From a virus (lineage: Duplodnaviria > Heunggongvirae > Uroviricota > Caudoviricetes), in the IMG/VR virus record IMGVR_UViG_2718217859_000009: a DNA stretch of 37,279 bases. One strand, 5' to 3'. The notes beneath the pieces were generated by a model that saw only the letters and a list, made by a program, of their open reading frames with translations, was not told the DNA's origin and did not search any database. The position numbers and the translations under genes were made by a program. Positions 28,976-37,279 of this stretch are shown piece by piece (positions within the stretch are counted from its first letter, which is position 1; each line of letters begins with the position of its first letter).

Positions 28976-28991
28976 CTGTTTATATTTACAG
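28976..28991. promoter_or_regulatory. LexA (SOS) box
   Basis: CTGT-ttatattt-ACAG, a perfect CTGT-N8-ACAG match, about 45 nt upstream of the small ORF. Confidence 0.65.
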
Positions 28992-29085
28992 TATATAATA
29001 ATCTTACTGATGTAAAACGTTTTTTTACGTTCATCAGCCTGATATGCCTGGTATTATTAAGAGCACGAATTGTTAACCCGCGTAA

Positions 29086-31500
29086 TTAATACAGATCCCG
29101 CCACTTATCATCTTCCTGCAAACGCTGGTTCCGATAGAAGATACGCAGGCCTGCTCCTGACGGAATACTGCCGCCGCGAAGGAGTAAATCGACCTCTTTC
29201 TCGCTGCCATCAAATCCTCTGGACTTCAGTTCATAGACGAGCTGCTGTCGTTGATGGTCTGTAATTCGCTGTTTGTAGTCTCTACGCCGTTTCGGTTTCA
29301 CCAGGCGTAACCTTGCAGCCAGTTCCCGGCGTTCTTTTTTGTTCATACTGTGCAGGTAATCGTGCAACTCCTTGTCATCCATACGGGTGATATCCGTTCT
29401 GGTATCCCCATCAGCTGATTTGTCTTTCCCTTGTTGGTACAAATTTTCAGCAAGGGGACAGTTATTGCCACGAGTCCAAGGGGCGCAAGCGCCCTGGTCG
29501 GCTGCCGCCTCCTGAACATCAACGGCCTTACGAACCATTTTCCACTTCACGGCATGAGTGCAGATCTTGCCCTCTGCAATAGGTGACCAGATGCCATAAA
29601 TACGAATGCCGTGATCGCCATAGGCGGTCGGCTCTTCGTTGATTTCATAAGCGGTTCTGATGAGGTGATATTTGCGGGGAACCAGTACGCCGCCCTGCTT
29701 CATGATGTAGGTGGCAAAACAACCAGCATCAGCAGCAGCCAGGATGGCATCAAGGCGTGGGTTATCCAGTACCGGCGCACCTGCTTTTTTGTCCCCCTGT
29801 TGCCTTGCCGCCTGACCAGCCAGCAATCGCAGTTCACGGTAAGCCTGACGCCCCGGAATGCCAAAGAAGCGGAATTGCTGAACACGATGCAGAGACGCCC
29901 AGGCATTAACGTATTCAGCATTATCACGCAGGGATTTCCCCGTTTCCTTGCTGATCTCGCCAGCCAGACCACGCCCGTCAATGTTCTTACTGATGTATTT
30001 CGCGATGTAGCTTGTTGGCGTTCCTTTGCGCGGGTTAATCAACTCAGACTTAAAGCGCGGCCCAGTGTTATTGCCCAGCTCCTCGCGGTCTTCACGGATG
30101 GCAAACTTACGCAGTAATGCAGTGATGGCACGGCGGTCTTTTTTGCGCATGAAACACAACAGGTGCCAGTGAACTGTGCCGTCATGATGCGGCTCAGCCA
30201 CCCGCACGCCATACCAGCGCAACCCGGCTTTGTGCATCGCCTTACGAAATGCAGCAAACATGCCGACCAGATAATCGCTGCTTTGTCTTACCGTCGCGTT
30301 TGTCCAGGTCGGGTTTGGTCTGCCGTTATTGAGCGTGGAATGGAAACGTGACGGACAGGTGATGGTGTAGAAAACGGCGCAGTCACCGCGCATTTCCGCG
30401 ATAAGCTCCAGACCTTTAACACAGGCCATCATCTCATTGCGGCGATGCGTCGGGTTGCTGCTGCTGGCGTTTACCACATCCTCCATGTCCAGCGTGTCGC
30501 CGTCTTCGTTCACCAGTTCATGAGAACGGAAAAACTCCAGCGACTTACGGCGCTGCTCACGTTTATGCATCACGGCTTCATAGCTGACATAGGGAGATGC
30601 TTTTTTGCTGACCAGGCAGACAGCACGCAACTGCTCTTCCCGCCATTCGCAACGCATCTTCCATAATTTCCGATACCACCAGTCGGCGCACAACATACGC
30701 GCCAGCGAACCCGGAATGAGTTCATAGGGCACGGGTTTACGGCGGTTTCTTTTCCGACGGAGTTGCTCAAACGCAGGAGGGATTACATCCAGACGCAGGG
30801 TTTCCGCTGCCACCTTTTCCCATGTCTTGCGGATTTCTTCTGGCTTAACGTCATCGGTGGCATACAAATCACCACAAGCTGCATCAAGGCACATGCTCAT
30901 ATGCGCGGCAACAAGGGTAGACAGGCGCTTCACCTGATCCTGACTCATTTCAGGCAGGATCAGCAGGCCGTCCAGCCCTTCATGGCTTGCCATAAAGCGA
31001 AAAGAAGTGGATAGCTGACTCTCGCGTACATGCTCCAGTCGTTCCAGACATGGCTTAATCGTCTCACGCAAATAGCGGGAATAAGCCTTTGGCCTGCCCA
31101 GGCTGCTGAAGTATTCAATACGTTGCATCAGCGGCTTGCTGATATGGGAAGGCTGGGCGTTGACGTCCGCCAGAATGACCATATCCGGATTAAAACGCTG
31201 CTGCTCATGCGCCAGCTTTGCCCGACTAATGAGCTTATCCTGCTCGATTTCGCGCTGGACAGGATCACGGGATTCATTAAAGAAATAACGCTCCCAGACC
31301 TGATCACTCAGCGCCTCACGGCGCAGCTGTTCCTGCTCGTTATCGGCAGCGTACAGAGTGATCAGGTTTGAAAGCGCAGAAACCGGCGCAACTTCCGCCG
31401 GGTCCAGATAAGGGTTAATGGCCTTTTTCGGGCTGCTCCATGAGAATGCTGCTGCGACCTCGTTAAAGCCGCTGCAGTTGTTCATATCAGCATGGCTCAT
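29086..31500 (-). CDS. replication initiation endonuclease gpA (rolling-circle HUH relaxase)
   Basis: 804 aa; motifs [15 protein letters not shown] and [12 protein letters not shown] typical of P2 A protein. Confidence 0.92.
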   Translation of the reverse strand: MSHADMNNCSGFNEVAAAFSWSSPKKAINPYLDPAEVAPVSALSNLITLYAADNEQEQLRREALSDQVWERYFFNESRDPVQREIEQDKLISRAKLAHEQQRFNPDMVILADVNAQPSHISKPLMQRIEYFSSLGRPKAYSRYLRETIKPCLERLEHVRESQLSTSFRFMASHEGLDGLLILPEMSQDQVKRLSTLVAAHMSMCLDAACGDLYATDDVKPEEIRKTWEKVAAETLRLDVIPPAFEQLRRKRNRRKPVPYELIPGSLARMLCADWWYRKLWKMRCEWREEQLRAVCLVSKKASPYVSYEAVMHKREQRRKSLEFFRSHELVNEDGDTLDMEDVVNASSSNPTHRRNEMMACVKGLELIAEMRGDCAVFYTITCPSRFHSTLNNGRPNPTWTNATVRQSSDYLVGMFAAFRKAMHKAGLRWYGVRVAEPHHDGTVHWHLLCFMRKKDRRAITALLRKFAIREDREELGNNTGPRFKSELINPRKGTPTSYIAKYISKNIDGRGLAGEISKETGKSLRDNAEYVNAWASLHRVQQFRFFGIPGRQAYRELRLLAGQAARQQGDKKAGAPVLDNPRLDAILAAADAGCFATYIMKQGGVLVPRKYHLIRTAYEINEEPTAYGDHGIRIYGIWSPIAEGKICTHAVKWKMVRKAVDVQEAAADQGACAPWTRGNNCPLAENLYQQGKDKSADGDTRTDITRMDDKELHDYLHSMNKKERRELAARLRLVKPKRRRDYKQRITDHQRQQLVYELKSRGFDGSEKEVDLLLRGGSIPSGAGLRIFYRNQRLQEDDKWRDLY

Positions 31501-32354
31501 GCACGCACTCCGTACACGGCAGAACTATCCACGCCACGCGAAGGATCAAATCCCACCCAGCAGCGCGGCCCGGAAACAGCGATGATTTCTGTTGCTGATT
31601 TACACTCGCCAGCTGCCACACCGATGCTGCGTTTTACCTTGATATAGTGGTGAGTAAAATTGCGATACAGCGAACGAATCAGGGATGTGTCACTGTTAGA
31701 AACAATGACCGGATGTCCTTCAGATGATCGATGTTCAAGAACGGATGCCAGGTGATACTGGTCATCTTCAGTGAAACCATCAGTGTGATAGCCGGAAAAC
31801 GTACCGTCATAAGGCGGATCGCAATACACCACATCCCCCGCCTTCAACATCGCCAGCGTTTCATCAAAGCTGGCGCAGATAAACGTTGCCCGCTGGGCTT
31901 TTTCTGCAAATGCGCGAATTTCTTTTTCAGGGAAATACGGATTTTTATAATTCCCGTAGGGAATGTTGAAATGTCCGCTCTTGTTATAACGACATAACCC
32001 ACGGTAACCGTGACGATTGAGATACAGGAAATATACTGCTTTCATGAAATCAGTAATTTCAGATGAGTAATTAAACTCCTGCCTTATGTTGTAATAAGCC
32101 ACCTCCCTGTTTGCTTCCCCAAATAAGACTCTGGCACGAGATATAAATGATTCGCAATCAGCGGCAATCTTTTTATAGAGGTTGATTAAATCAGGATTAA
32201 TATCAGCAACCAGATAGCTGGGGTAATCCGTCGCCATCATCACAGCACAGGAACCCGCGAAAGGTTCAACCAGTCGCGGGCCAGCAGGAAGGTGTTTTTT
32301 CAGTTCGGACATAATGGCGGTTTTATTACCCGCCCATTTCAGGATGGTGCTCAT
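31497..32354 (-). CDS. DNA adenine methyltransferase (Dam family)
   Basis: LKWAGNK N-terminal motif and DPPY catalytic motif; ATGA overlaps with neighbours. Confidence 0.85.
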   Translation of the reverse strand: MSTILKWAGNKTAIMSELKKHLPAGPRLVEPFAGSCAVMMATDYPSYLVADINPDLINLYKKIAADCESFISRARVLFGEANREVAYYNIRQEFNYSSEITDFMKAVYFLYLNRHGYRGLCRYNKSGHFNIPYGNYKNPYFPEKEIRAFAEKAQRATFICASFDETLAMLKAGDVVYCDPPYDGTFSGYHTDGFTEDDQYHLASVLEHRSSEGHPVIVSNSDTSLIRSLYRNFTHHYIKVKRSIGVAAGECKSATEIIAVSGPRCWVGFDPSRGVDSSAVYGVRA

Positions 32355-32578
32355 ACAGCACCTCCGTTGTAATGTTTGCCTTTCAGCTCTGCGATTTCCT
32401 GGCAGGTAATGCAAAGCTGCACTCCCGGAATGGCGCGGCGTCGTGCTGGCGGAATTGGCGCTTCACATTCAATACAAAGCACGCGAGACACGCCCGGTGT
32501 TTTGGCACGGGCAGCACGAATATGGCGCTGGCGTTCTTCTTCAACGCGCTGCTGTACGAGATCCATTGCATCAGCCAT
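32351..32578 (-). CDS. TraR/DksA-family C4 zinc-finger protein
   Basis: CIECEAPIPPARRRAIPGVQLCITCQ. Confidence 0.75.
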   Translation of the reverse strand: MADAMDLVQQRVEEERQRHIRAARAKTPGVSRVLCIECEAPIPPARRRAIPGVQLCITCQEIAELKGKHYNGGAV

Positions 32579-32817
32579 TAGTGGATCTCCTGCGCTTCGT
32601 TCTGGATTGCTTCAGCAGTTACACGCAGCAGTTCTGCCGCTTCGACGTGGTTTAGCTGGCGGGATGTGATATGACACGCCAGGCTATCAAGGCGAGCTGC
32701 CATTGCTTCAGCCCTTGCCCGGCGTTCTTCCAGACGAGCCTCTGTCAGTAAAATATTAAGCCCTGCGTCATCCGGTCCGGTTTTAGTCGTGAGGATTTCA
32801 ATATTACGCATAATCAA
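32578..32817 (-). CDS. hypothetical early protein
   Basis: 79-aa ORF in the early operon with overlapping stop/start. Confidence 0.5.
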   Translation of the reverse strand: MIMRNIEILTTKTGPDDAGLNILLTEARLEERRARAEAMAARLDSLACHITSRQLNHVEAAELLRVTAEAIQNEAQEIH

Positions 32818-32878
32818 TTCTCCTGAATTTAGATAAAGGGATGCCCGGCGGGTTTACGCCATTAATTTCATTAGTTGG

Positions 32879-33232
32879 TTAATTCGGCATGGTTAGCCGT
32901 CTGGGAAATAAGCTCACCACCGCACGAAAATGATTCATTGCTTTAATCAGCCCCCGCTTTTCGTCAGTGGTCAGCTCATTAATGCTGATGCTATGACGTT
33001 CAGCTGGAATTTTTGCCATAAAGAATATAGCAGCCAGTGCCCGTTTATTTTGTTCATTATTGATATCCCGTGGATCACGCATATCTTTAATAAACCGCTC
33101 AAGCTCTGACTCAATATTCAAACCAAAAACTTTCGCCCTTAACTCCGCAATATGATTAAGTCCATTCAGGCGTTCACCGGGTCTTAATGGAACAGTCGCC
33201 GCAGCGCCTTCAATAGCCATTTGTTCCCCCAT
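32879..33232 (-). CDS. hypothetical early protein
   Basis: 117-aa ORF; start codon uncertain. Confidence 0.45.
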   Translation of the reverse strand: MGEQMAIEGAAATVPLRPGERLNGLNHIAELRAKVFGLNIESELERFIKDMRDPRDINNEQNKRALAAIFFMAKIPAERHSISINELTTDEKRGLIKAMNHFRAVVSLFPRRLTMPN

Positions 33233-33384
33233 TTTTTCGTAGATAGTTCTGCCAGCAATTCATCTTGTGAACGGCACGGATGCCAGCGTTTACCATCCTC
33301 ACCCATGATCCAGCCGTGACCGTAGTGCATTGCCGGACTTTGTTTTACCAGCAGCGATGCAAATGATGGTTCTTTCGTCAGCAT
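33184..33384 (-). CDS. hypothetical early protein
   Basis: 66 aa from MLTKEPSFA, GAGGTG ribosome-binding site. Confidence 0.5.
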   Translation of the reverse strand: MLTKEPSFASLLVKQSPAMHYGHGWIMGEDGKRWHPCRSQDELLAELSTKKWGNKWLLKALRRLFH

Positions 33385-33391
33385 AAGCACC

Positions 33392-33901
33392 TCACAGCAA
33401 ACCGAATGAAGCACCGAGGCCAGTCACGGTATCAACTGCATTCGCCATCGCAGGATTAGCCTGTAAACGGGCCTGCAATGAAACAGCGGCCAGCGCCATC
33501 AGTCGTGTTACAGAGTTAATGCTGCTGATAGCATCACGACGACCTGCACTGGTTTTTACATCGCCAGATACCGCACCTGCAGCAACACGCCCGATCTCTG
33601 CGGTTGCACTCATGACGTAATGCGGTAGTTTCTCTTTTGCCACCTCATTAATCGGAACACATGGCAGACAATGAATCTGTGCCAGAAAACCATCTACCAG
33701 CGTTGAATCTTCAGTCAGATCGGTAAGCAACCAAATTTCTGGTGCGGTTAATAAATGAGGTTGAGCTGGGTTCAGTTTGTTCCGCAGAATCTGCACATTC
33801 ATGCCTGCACGTTCTGCCAGTTGCACCAGATTGTGGCGCAGTGCGAATGCACGACAGGCTTCATCAAAATGTGGATGTTTGGAAACTTGGTAATCAAACA
33901 T
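33392..33901 (-). CDS. CII-like transcriptional regulator (186 CII family), or alternatively P2 gpB-like
   Basis: 169 aa from [19 protein letters not shown]... with HTH-like [17 protein letters not shown]; AGAGGTG ribosome-binding site. Confidence 0.6.
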   Translation of the reverse strand: MFDYQVSKHPHFDEACRAFALRHNLVQLAERAGMNVQILRNKLNPAQPHLLTAPEIWLLTDLTEDSTLVDGFLAQIHCLPCVPINEVAKEKLPHYVMSATAEIGRVAAGAVSGDVKTSAGRRDAISSINSVTRLMALAAVSLQARLQANPAMANAVDTVTGLGASFGLL

Positions 33902-33933
33902 GGTCGACACCTCTGATGTATCCCAAAATGGAA

Positions 33934-34155
33934 CTAGTTGAATACAACATTGCAATCAGTAAGTGCATCAACGGTAAGAGCAGCAAGGTTGATCATTACC
34001 TTTTCTCTTTTCTTGTCTTTCCGAAGGCGATGCCGAGGGATGCGACCGTCAGCCAGCATATCGTTAATTGTGTCGATTGAAAGACCAGTAAGTTCGCTAT
34101 AACGCTCAATTGTGACATGTGGCGTATTCAGGGTTATTGAAATGTTAGGGGTCAT
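33934..34155 (-). CDS. Cox/Apl-like excisionase and lytic-switch regulator
   Basis: 73 aa, first gene of the early lytic operon, HTH-like [22 protein letters not shown]. Confidence 0.6.
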   Translation of the reverse strand: MTPNISITLNTPHVTIERYSELTGLSIDTINDMLADGRIPRHRLRKDKKREKVMINLAALTVDALTDCNVVFN

Positions 34156-34243
34156 GATGCAACATCTCCTATTGGCTTGTGGTGAGTCAGTTTTAATCGT
34201 GGCTTTAACTTCACATTTCGGAGAATAGGATCACAAATCGGTT
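34156..34243. promoter_or_regulatory. divergent immunity-switch promoter/operator region
   Basis: 88-bp gap between divergent Apl-like and repressor genes. Confidence 0.5.
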
Positions 34244-35179
34244 ATGTCAACACATGAAATCACATTTCGCCATGTGGACGAAAAAAAGAAATCCTTAATC
34301 ATGCAGAATCGCGGAGGGCAATCGGTTATAGATCGGATACTGAAAGCCTATGGTTTTTCTTCCCGACAAGCATTCTGTAATCACCTAGGTATATCGCAAA
34401 GTACAATGGCGAACAGGTATGCCCGTGACACTTTCCCTGCTGATTGGGTTGTTATCTGTAGCATGGAGACTGGAGTGCCGGTCGAGTGGTTGGCATTTGG
34501 CACTGATACCGAGAAGGGAAGCATTACAAATAATGCAGAAAAAAGTCACAACAATTGTGACAGCAAGCATCAACATCTCAATAGAGAACAAGACATCCAA
34601 AATGAGAACTCTTTTACTATTAACCAAGGTGGAAAAGCAGCAATAGAGCGAATCGTTTTGGCTTATGGATTTAAGACAAGACAAGCTTTAGCTGATCATA
34701 TTGGTGTATCAAAAAGTACATTAGCCAATCGTTACATGAGAGATACCTTTCCTGCTGACTGGATTATTCAATGCTCACTGGAAACCGGTGCTTCATTAAC
34801 ATGGCTAACCACTGGTAACGGGGCAATGTTTGAAAAGCCTCGAAACGATACTATCACTATCCCATATCATAAAATAATTGATGGATCTCTTGCTCAAGAA
34901 ACCTTCTTGACTTTTGACTCTAAGTTGTTAGAAGGAACCTTTCTGCAACCTTTAGCAGTATTCATTGATGAGGAAATATATATTGTAGAATCAAAATTTA
35001 ATGAAGTTACTGATGGCAAGTGGCTTGTGAATATTGAAGGGAAAATAAGTATCAAAGATTTGACTCGCATACCCGTTGGTATGGTTAAAGTTGTAGGCAC
35101 TAACGCAAGTTTTGAATGCTTACTTACTGACATTATCGTTTTGGCAAAATGTAAAAGAGTTTTTACTAAAAATGTATAA
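34244..35179 (+). CDS. putative immunity repressor with tandemly duplicated CI-like DNA-binding domain
   Basis: Two copies of ...R(L/V)(L/V)xAYGF(S/K)(S/T)RQA(F/L)...IS(Q/K)ST(M/L)ANRYxRDTFPADW(V/I)(V/I)xCS(M/L)ETG..., then a distinct C-terminal domain; AT-rich. Confidence 0.65.
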   Translation: MSTHEITFRHVDEKKKSLIMQNRGGQSVIDRILKAYGFSSRQAFCNHLGISQSTMANRYARDTFPADWVVICSMETGVPVEWLAFGTDTEKGSITNNAEKSHNNCDSKHQHLNREQDIQNENSFTINQGGKAAIERIVLAYGFKTRQALADHIGVSKSTLANRYMRDTFPADWIIQCSLETGASLTWLTTGNGAMFEKPRNDTITIPYHKIIDGSLAQETFLTFDSKLLEGTFLQPLAVFIDEEIYIVESKFNEVTDGKWLVNIEGKISIKDLTRIPVGMVKVVGTNASFECLLTDIIVLAKCKRVFTKNV

Positions 35180-35190
35180 AGAGAAACATC

Positions 35191-36135
35191 ATGACTGAAC
35201 CAACCAATAAAGATAGCGAAATAAAAAAACACCTATTAGAATTTCTTGATTCACAGTCTGAAAATATAGCAAAACACTTCTACTCTCATATAAAAGACTT
35301 AATAGAAGCAGGAGAGCTTTCTGAAGCTCATAATAACCTAGCGCTAATTGAAAAATACATAACTAGGCCACCGATGGATGAAGAACCCAATATAAATGAA
35401 AATAAAGCCAATAAAAGAAAAAATGTAAAATCACTTGAACCTAATAATTATGTAGAACATATAATACAATTAGAAGAACGAAACAGCATATTAACTCTAC
35501 AGTTAGAGCATTATACTCAGGATCTTAATAGAAAAAACGCAATAATCGAAAACAACGTAAAACAAATTAATTCATTGATTAGTGAAAATAAGGAACTCCG
35601 TAGCCAAGTACAGCAACAAAGAATCGATGATAAAATCCCCACCTATGTTAACGATGTTAAATCAGATCTTGGTAGTGATGACAAACATTTTATATTGATG
35701 TCTATTATCTGGTCTATTGCAGGGGTATTTTTTGGCTTCCTTGCAGTAGTATCTGCTTTTTTTACATTATACATGAACTTAGATTTAAAAAATCTCACTA
35801 ACCTTCAGTTAATATATATCTTCACGCGAGGATTAGTTGGAATCGCCATTCTTTCATGGCTATCATATATCTGCCTTAGTAACTCAAAAAAGTACACACA
35901 TGAATCGATCAGGCGAAAAGATCGTCGACATGCTTTGATGTTTGGTCAAGTTTTTTTGCAGATATACGGTTCTACAGCAACTAAAGAGGATGCAATAGAA
36001 GTCTTTAAGGATTGGAATATTTCAGGTGACTCTGCATTTTCAGGTCAGACAGAGCAACCACCGAGTTTTGCGTCATTTTTGAATACAATCAAAGACAAAG
36101 TTAAAGTAACTGGAAGTGATAAAGAAACAGATTAA
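35191..36135 (+). CDS. coiled-coil membrane protein (moron between repressor and integrase)
   Basis: 314 aa; N-terminal coiled-coil region (LQLEHYTQDLNRKNAIIENNVKQINSLISENKELRSQVQQQ) then two hydrophobic helices; very AT-rich. Confidence 0.65.
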   Translation: MTEPTNKDSEIKKHLLEFLDSQSENIAKHFYSHIKDLIEAGELSEAHNNLALIEKYITRPPMDEEPNINENKANKRKNVKSLEPNNYVEHIIQLEERNSILTLQLEHYTQDLNRKNAIIENNVKQINSLISENKELRSQVQQQRIDDKIPTYVNDVKSDLGSDDKHFILMSIIWSIAGVFFGFLAVVSAFFTLYMNLDLKNLTNLQLIYIFTRGLVGIAILSWLSYICLSNSKKYTHESIRRKDRRHALMFGQVFLQIYGSTATKEDAIEVFKDWNISGDSAFSGQTEQPPSFASFLNTIKDKVKVTGSDKETD

Positions 36136-36201
36136 TCATGAACATGTATGCTACTAAGTAAAAAATACATTGAATACTGTTTTTATATACAGTTAAATTT
36201 A

Positions 36202-36226
36202 GCCCTCTGATATGAGGGCATTTTTT
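36202..36226 (+). terminator. rho-independent terminator abutting the int start
   Basis: gccctc-tgatatg-agggc then tttttt, directly followed by ATG. Confidence 0.5.
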
Positions 36227-37279
36227 ATGGCAGTACGAAAACTCACCACAGGAAAATGGCTTTGCGAATGTTACCCCGCCGGACGTAGCGGACGCCGTGT
36301 GCGTAAACAATTCGCCACCAAAGGCGAAGCACTGGCCTTCGAGCGATACACCATGGGGGAAATAGAAGCAAAACCCTGGCTGGGCGAATCAGTGGATCGT
36401 CGGACACTGAAAGATATGGTTGAGCTATGGTTCAAATTACATGGCAAATCTCTTACTGCCGGACAGCATGTCTACAACAAGCTGCTGTTGATGGTTGACG
36501 CCTTGGGAAATCCCCTTGCAACTGATCTCACCTCAAAAATGTTTGCTCACTATCGAGATAAACGCCTGACAGGCGAGATCTACTTCAGCGAGAAATGGAA
36601 GAAAGGAGCAAGCCCGGTCACCATTAACCTGGAGCAAAGCTATCTAAGTAGTGTTTTTAGCGAACTATCCCGTCTGGGCGAATGGTCGTATCCGAACCCA
36701 CTGGAGAACATGCGAAAATTCACCATCGCAGAAAAAGAGATGGCATGGCTTACCCATGAGCAGATTGTTGAATTGCTGGCTGATTGCAAACGTCAGGACC
36801 CAATTCTGGCACTGGTAGTTAAGATATGCTTAAGCACAGGCGCACGCTGGCGTGAAGCCGTAAATCTTACCCGCTCACAGGTGACCAAATACCGAATTAC
36901 CTTTGTCAGAACGAAGGGGAAGAAAAACAGAAGCATCCCTATCAGTAAAGAGCTTTACGAAGAGATCATGGCGCTCGATGGGTTCAATTTCTTCACAGAC
37001 TGCTATTTTCAATTTTTATCCGTGATGGAAAAAACGTCTATCGTGCTCCCTCGCGGTCAACTCACACACGTTCTGCGCCATACGTTTGCAGCGCACTTCA
37101 TGATGTCGGGTGGAAACATTCTGGCCTTACAAAAAATTCTCGGACACCACGATATAAAAATGACTATGCGTTACGCACATCTGGCACCGGATCATCTGGA
37201 AACGGCGCTCCGTTTCAATCCTCTGGCAACGCTGCCAAGTGGCGACAAAGTGGCGGCAGCGGTTGGCATTACCCCGTAA
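36227..37279 (+). CDS. int: tyrosine integrase (P2 Int family)
   Basis: MAVRKLTTGKW... parallels P2 Int N-terminus; C-terminal R...HxxR...Y catalytic pattern (LTHVLRHTFAAHFMMSGG...MRYAHL); the tabulated ORF starts 15 nt earlier inside the terminator. Confidence 0.9.
   Translation: MAVRKLTTGKWLCECYPAGRSGRRVRKQFATKGEALAFERYTMGEIEAKPWLGESVDRRTLKDMVELWFKLHGKSLTAGQHVYNKLLLMVDALGNPLATDLTSKMFAHYRDKRLTGEIYFSEKWKKGASPVTINLEQSYLSSVFSELSRLGEWSYPNPLENMRKFTIAEKEMAWLTHEQIVELLADCKRQDPILALVVKICLSTGARWREAVNLTRSQVTKYRITFVRTKGKKNRSIPISKELYEEIMALDGFNFFTDCYFQFLSVMEKTSIVLPRGQLTHVLRHTFAAHFMMSGGNILALQKILGHHDIKMTMRYAHLAPDHLETALRFNPLATLPSGDKVAAAVGITP

Larger units (their letters stand above)
2777..37279. mobile_element. 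P2/186-family prophage (attR side at ybjL; extends past window end)
   Basis: Syntenic set ogr-D-U-T-E-FII-FI-(H,G-like)-I-J-W-V-S-R-lysis-X-L-M-N-O / P-Q / A ... int, all recognisable from the translations. Confidence 0.9.

Noticed and set aside
29008-29040. Possible terminator hairpin downstream of gene A
   Set aside because: Stem is imperfect (ctgatg...catcag with mismatched inner arms) around a T7 run; too weak to call as a feature.
36212-36226. Upstream ATG start for integrase (MRAFFMAVRK)
   Set aside because: That ATG lies in the loop of the terminator hairpin; the conserved Int N-terminus begins at MAVRKL (36227).
1-37279. CRISPR arrays, tRNA/rRNA genes, IS elements
   Set aside because: No regularly spaced short direct repeats, no tRNA-like cloverleaf candidates at the prophage junction, and no transposase-like ORFs or terminal inverted repeats were seen.

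Overview
The window begins with Enterobacteriaceae core genes (grxA, ybjM, ybjL; E. coli-like) and from about 2.8 kb to the window end is occupied by a P2/186-family temperate myovirus prophage, with ogr at the host junction and the integrase at the far end (attL lies beyond the window). The prophage carries, in order on the minus strand: Ogr-like late activator, tail genes D-U-T-E/E'-FII-FI, a Gin/Pin-type invertase with an invertible tail-fibre segment, baseplate genes I-J-W-V, tail completion S-R, a lysis cassette (spanins, LysA, SAR endolysin, pinholin-like holin), X, and head genes L-M-N-O; then terminase P and portal Q on the plus strand. After a putative cos comes an AT-rich cargo region, then an SOS-controlled Tum-like/DinI-like module, replication gene A, Dam methylase, small early genes, a CII-like and Apl/Cox-like pair, a divergent repressor with a duplicated DNA-binding domain, an AT-rich membrane protein gene, and the integrase. 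The most interesting element is a three-gene, translationally coupled, AT-rich operon (25654..28404) with no family I can recognise, sitting where P2 carries old/tin: a candidate new anti-phage defence system. Other notable points are a 1-nt frameshift in the tail tube gene, the invertible tail-fibre switch, and the membrane-protein moron next to the repressor. All calls rest on reading the supplied translations and sequence by eye; no database search was run.
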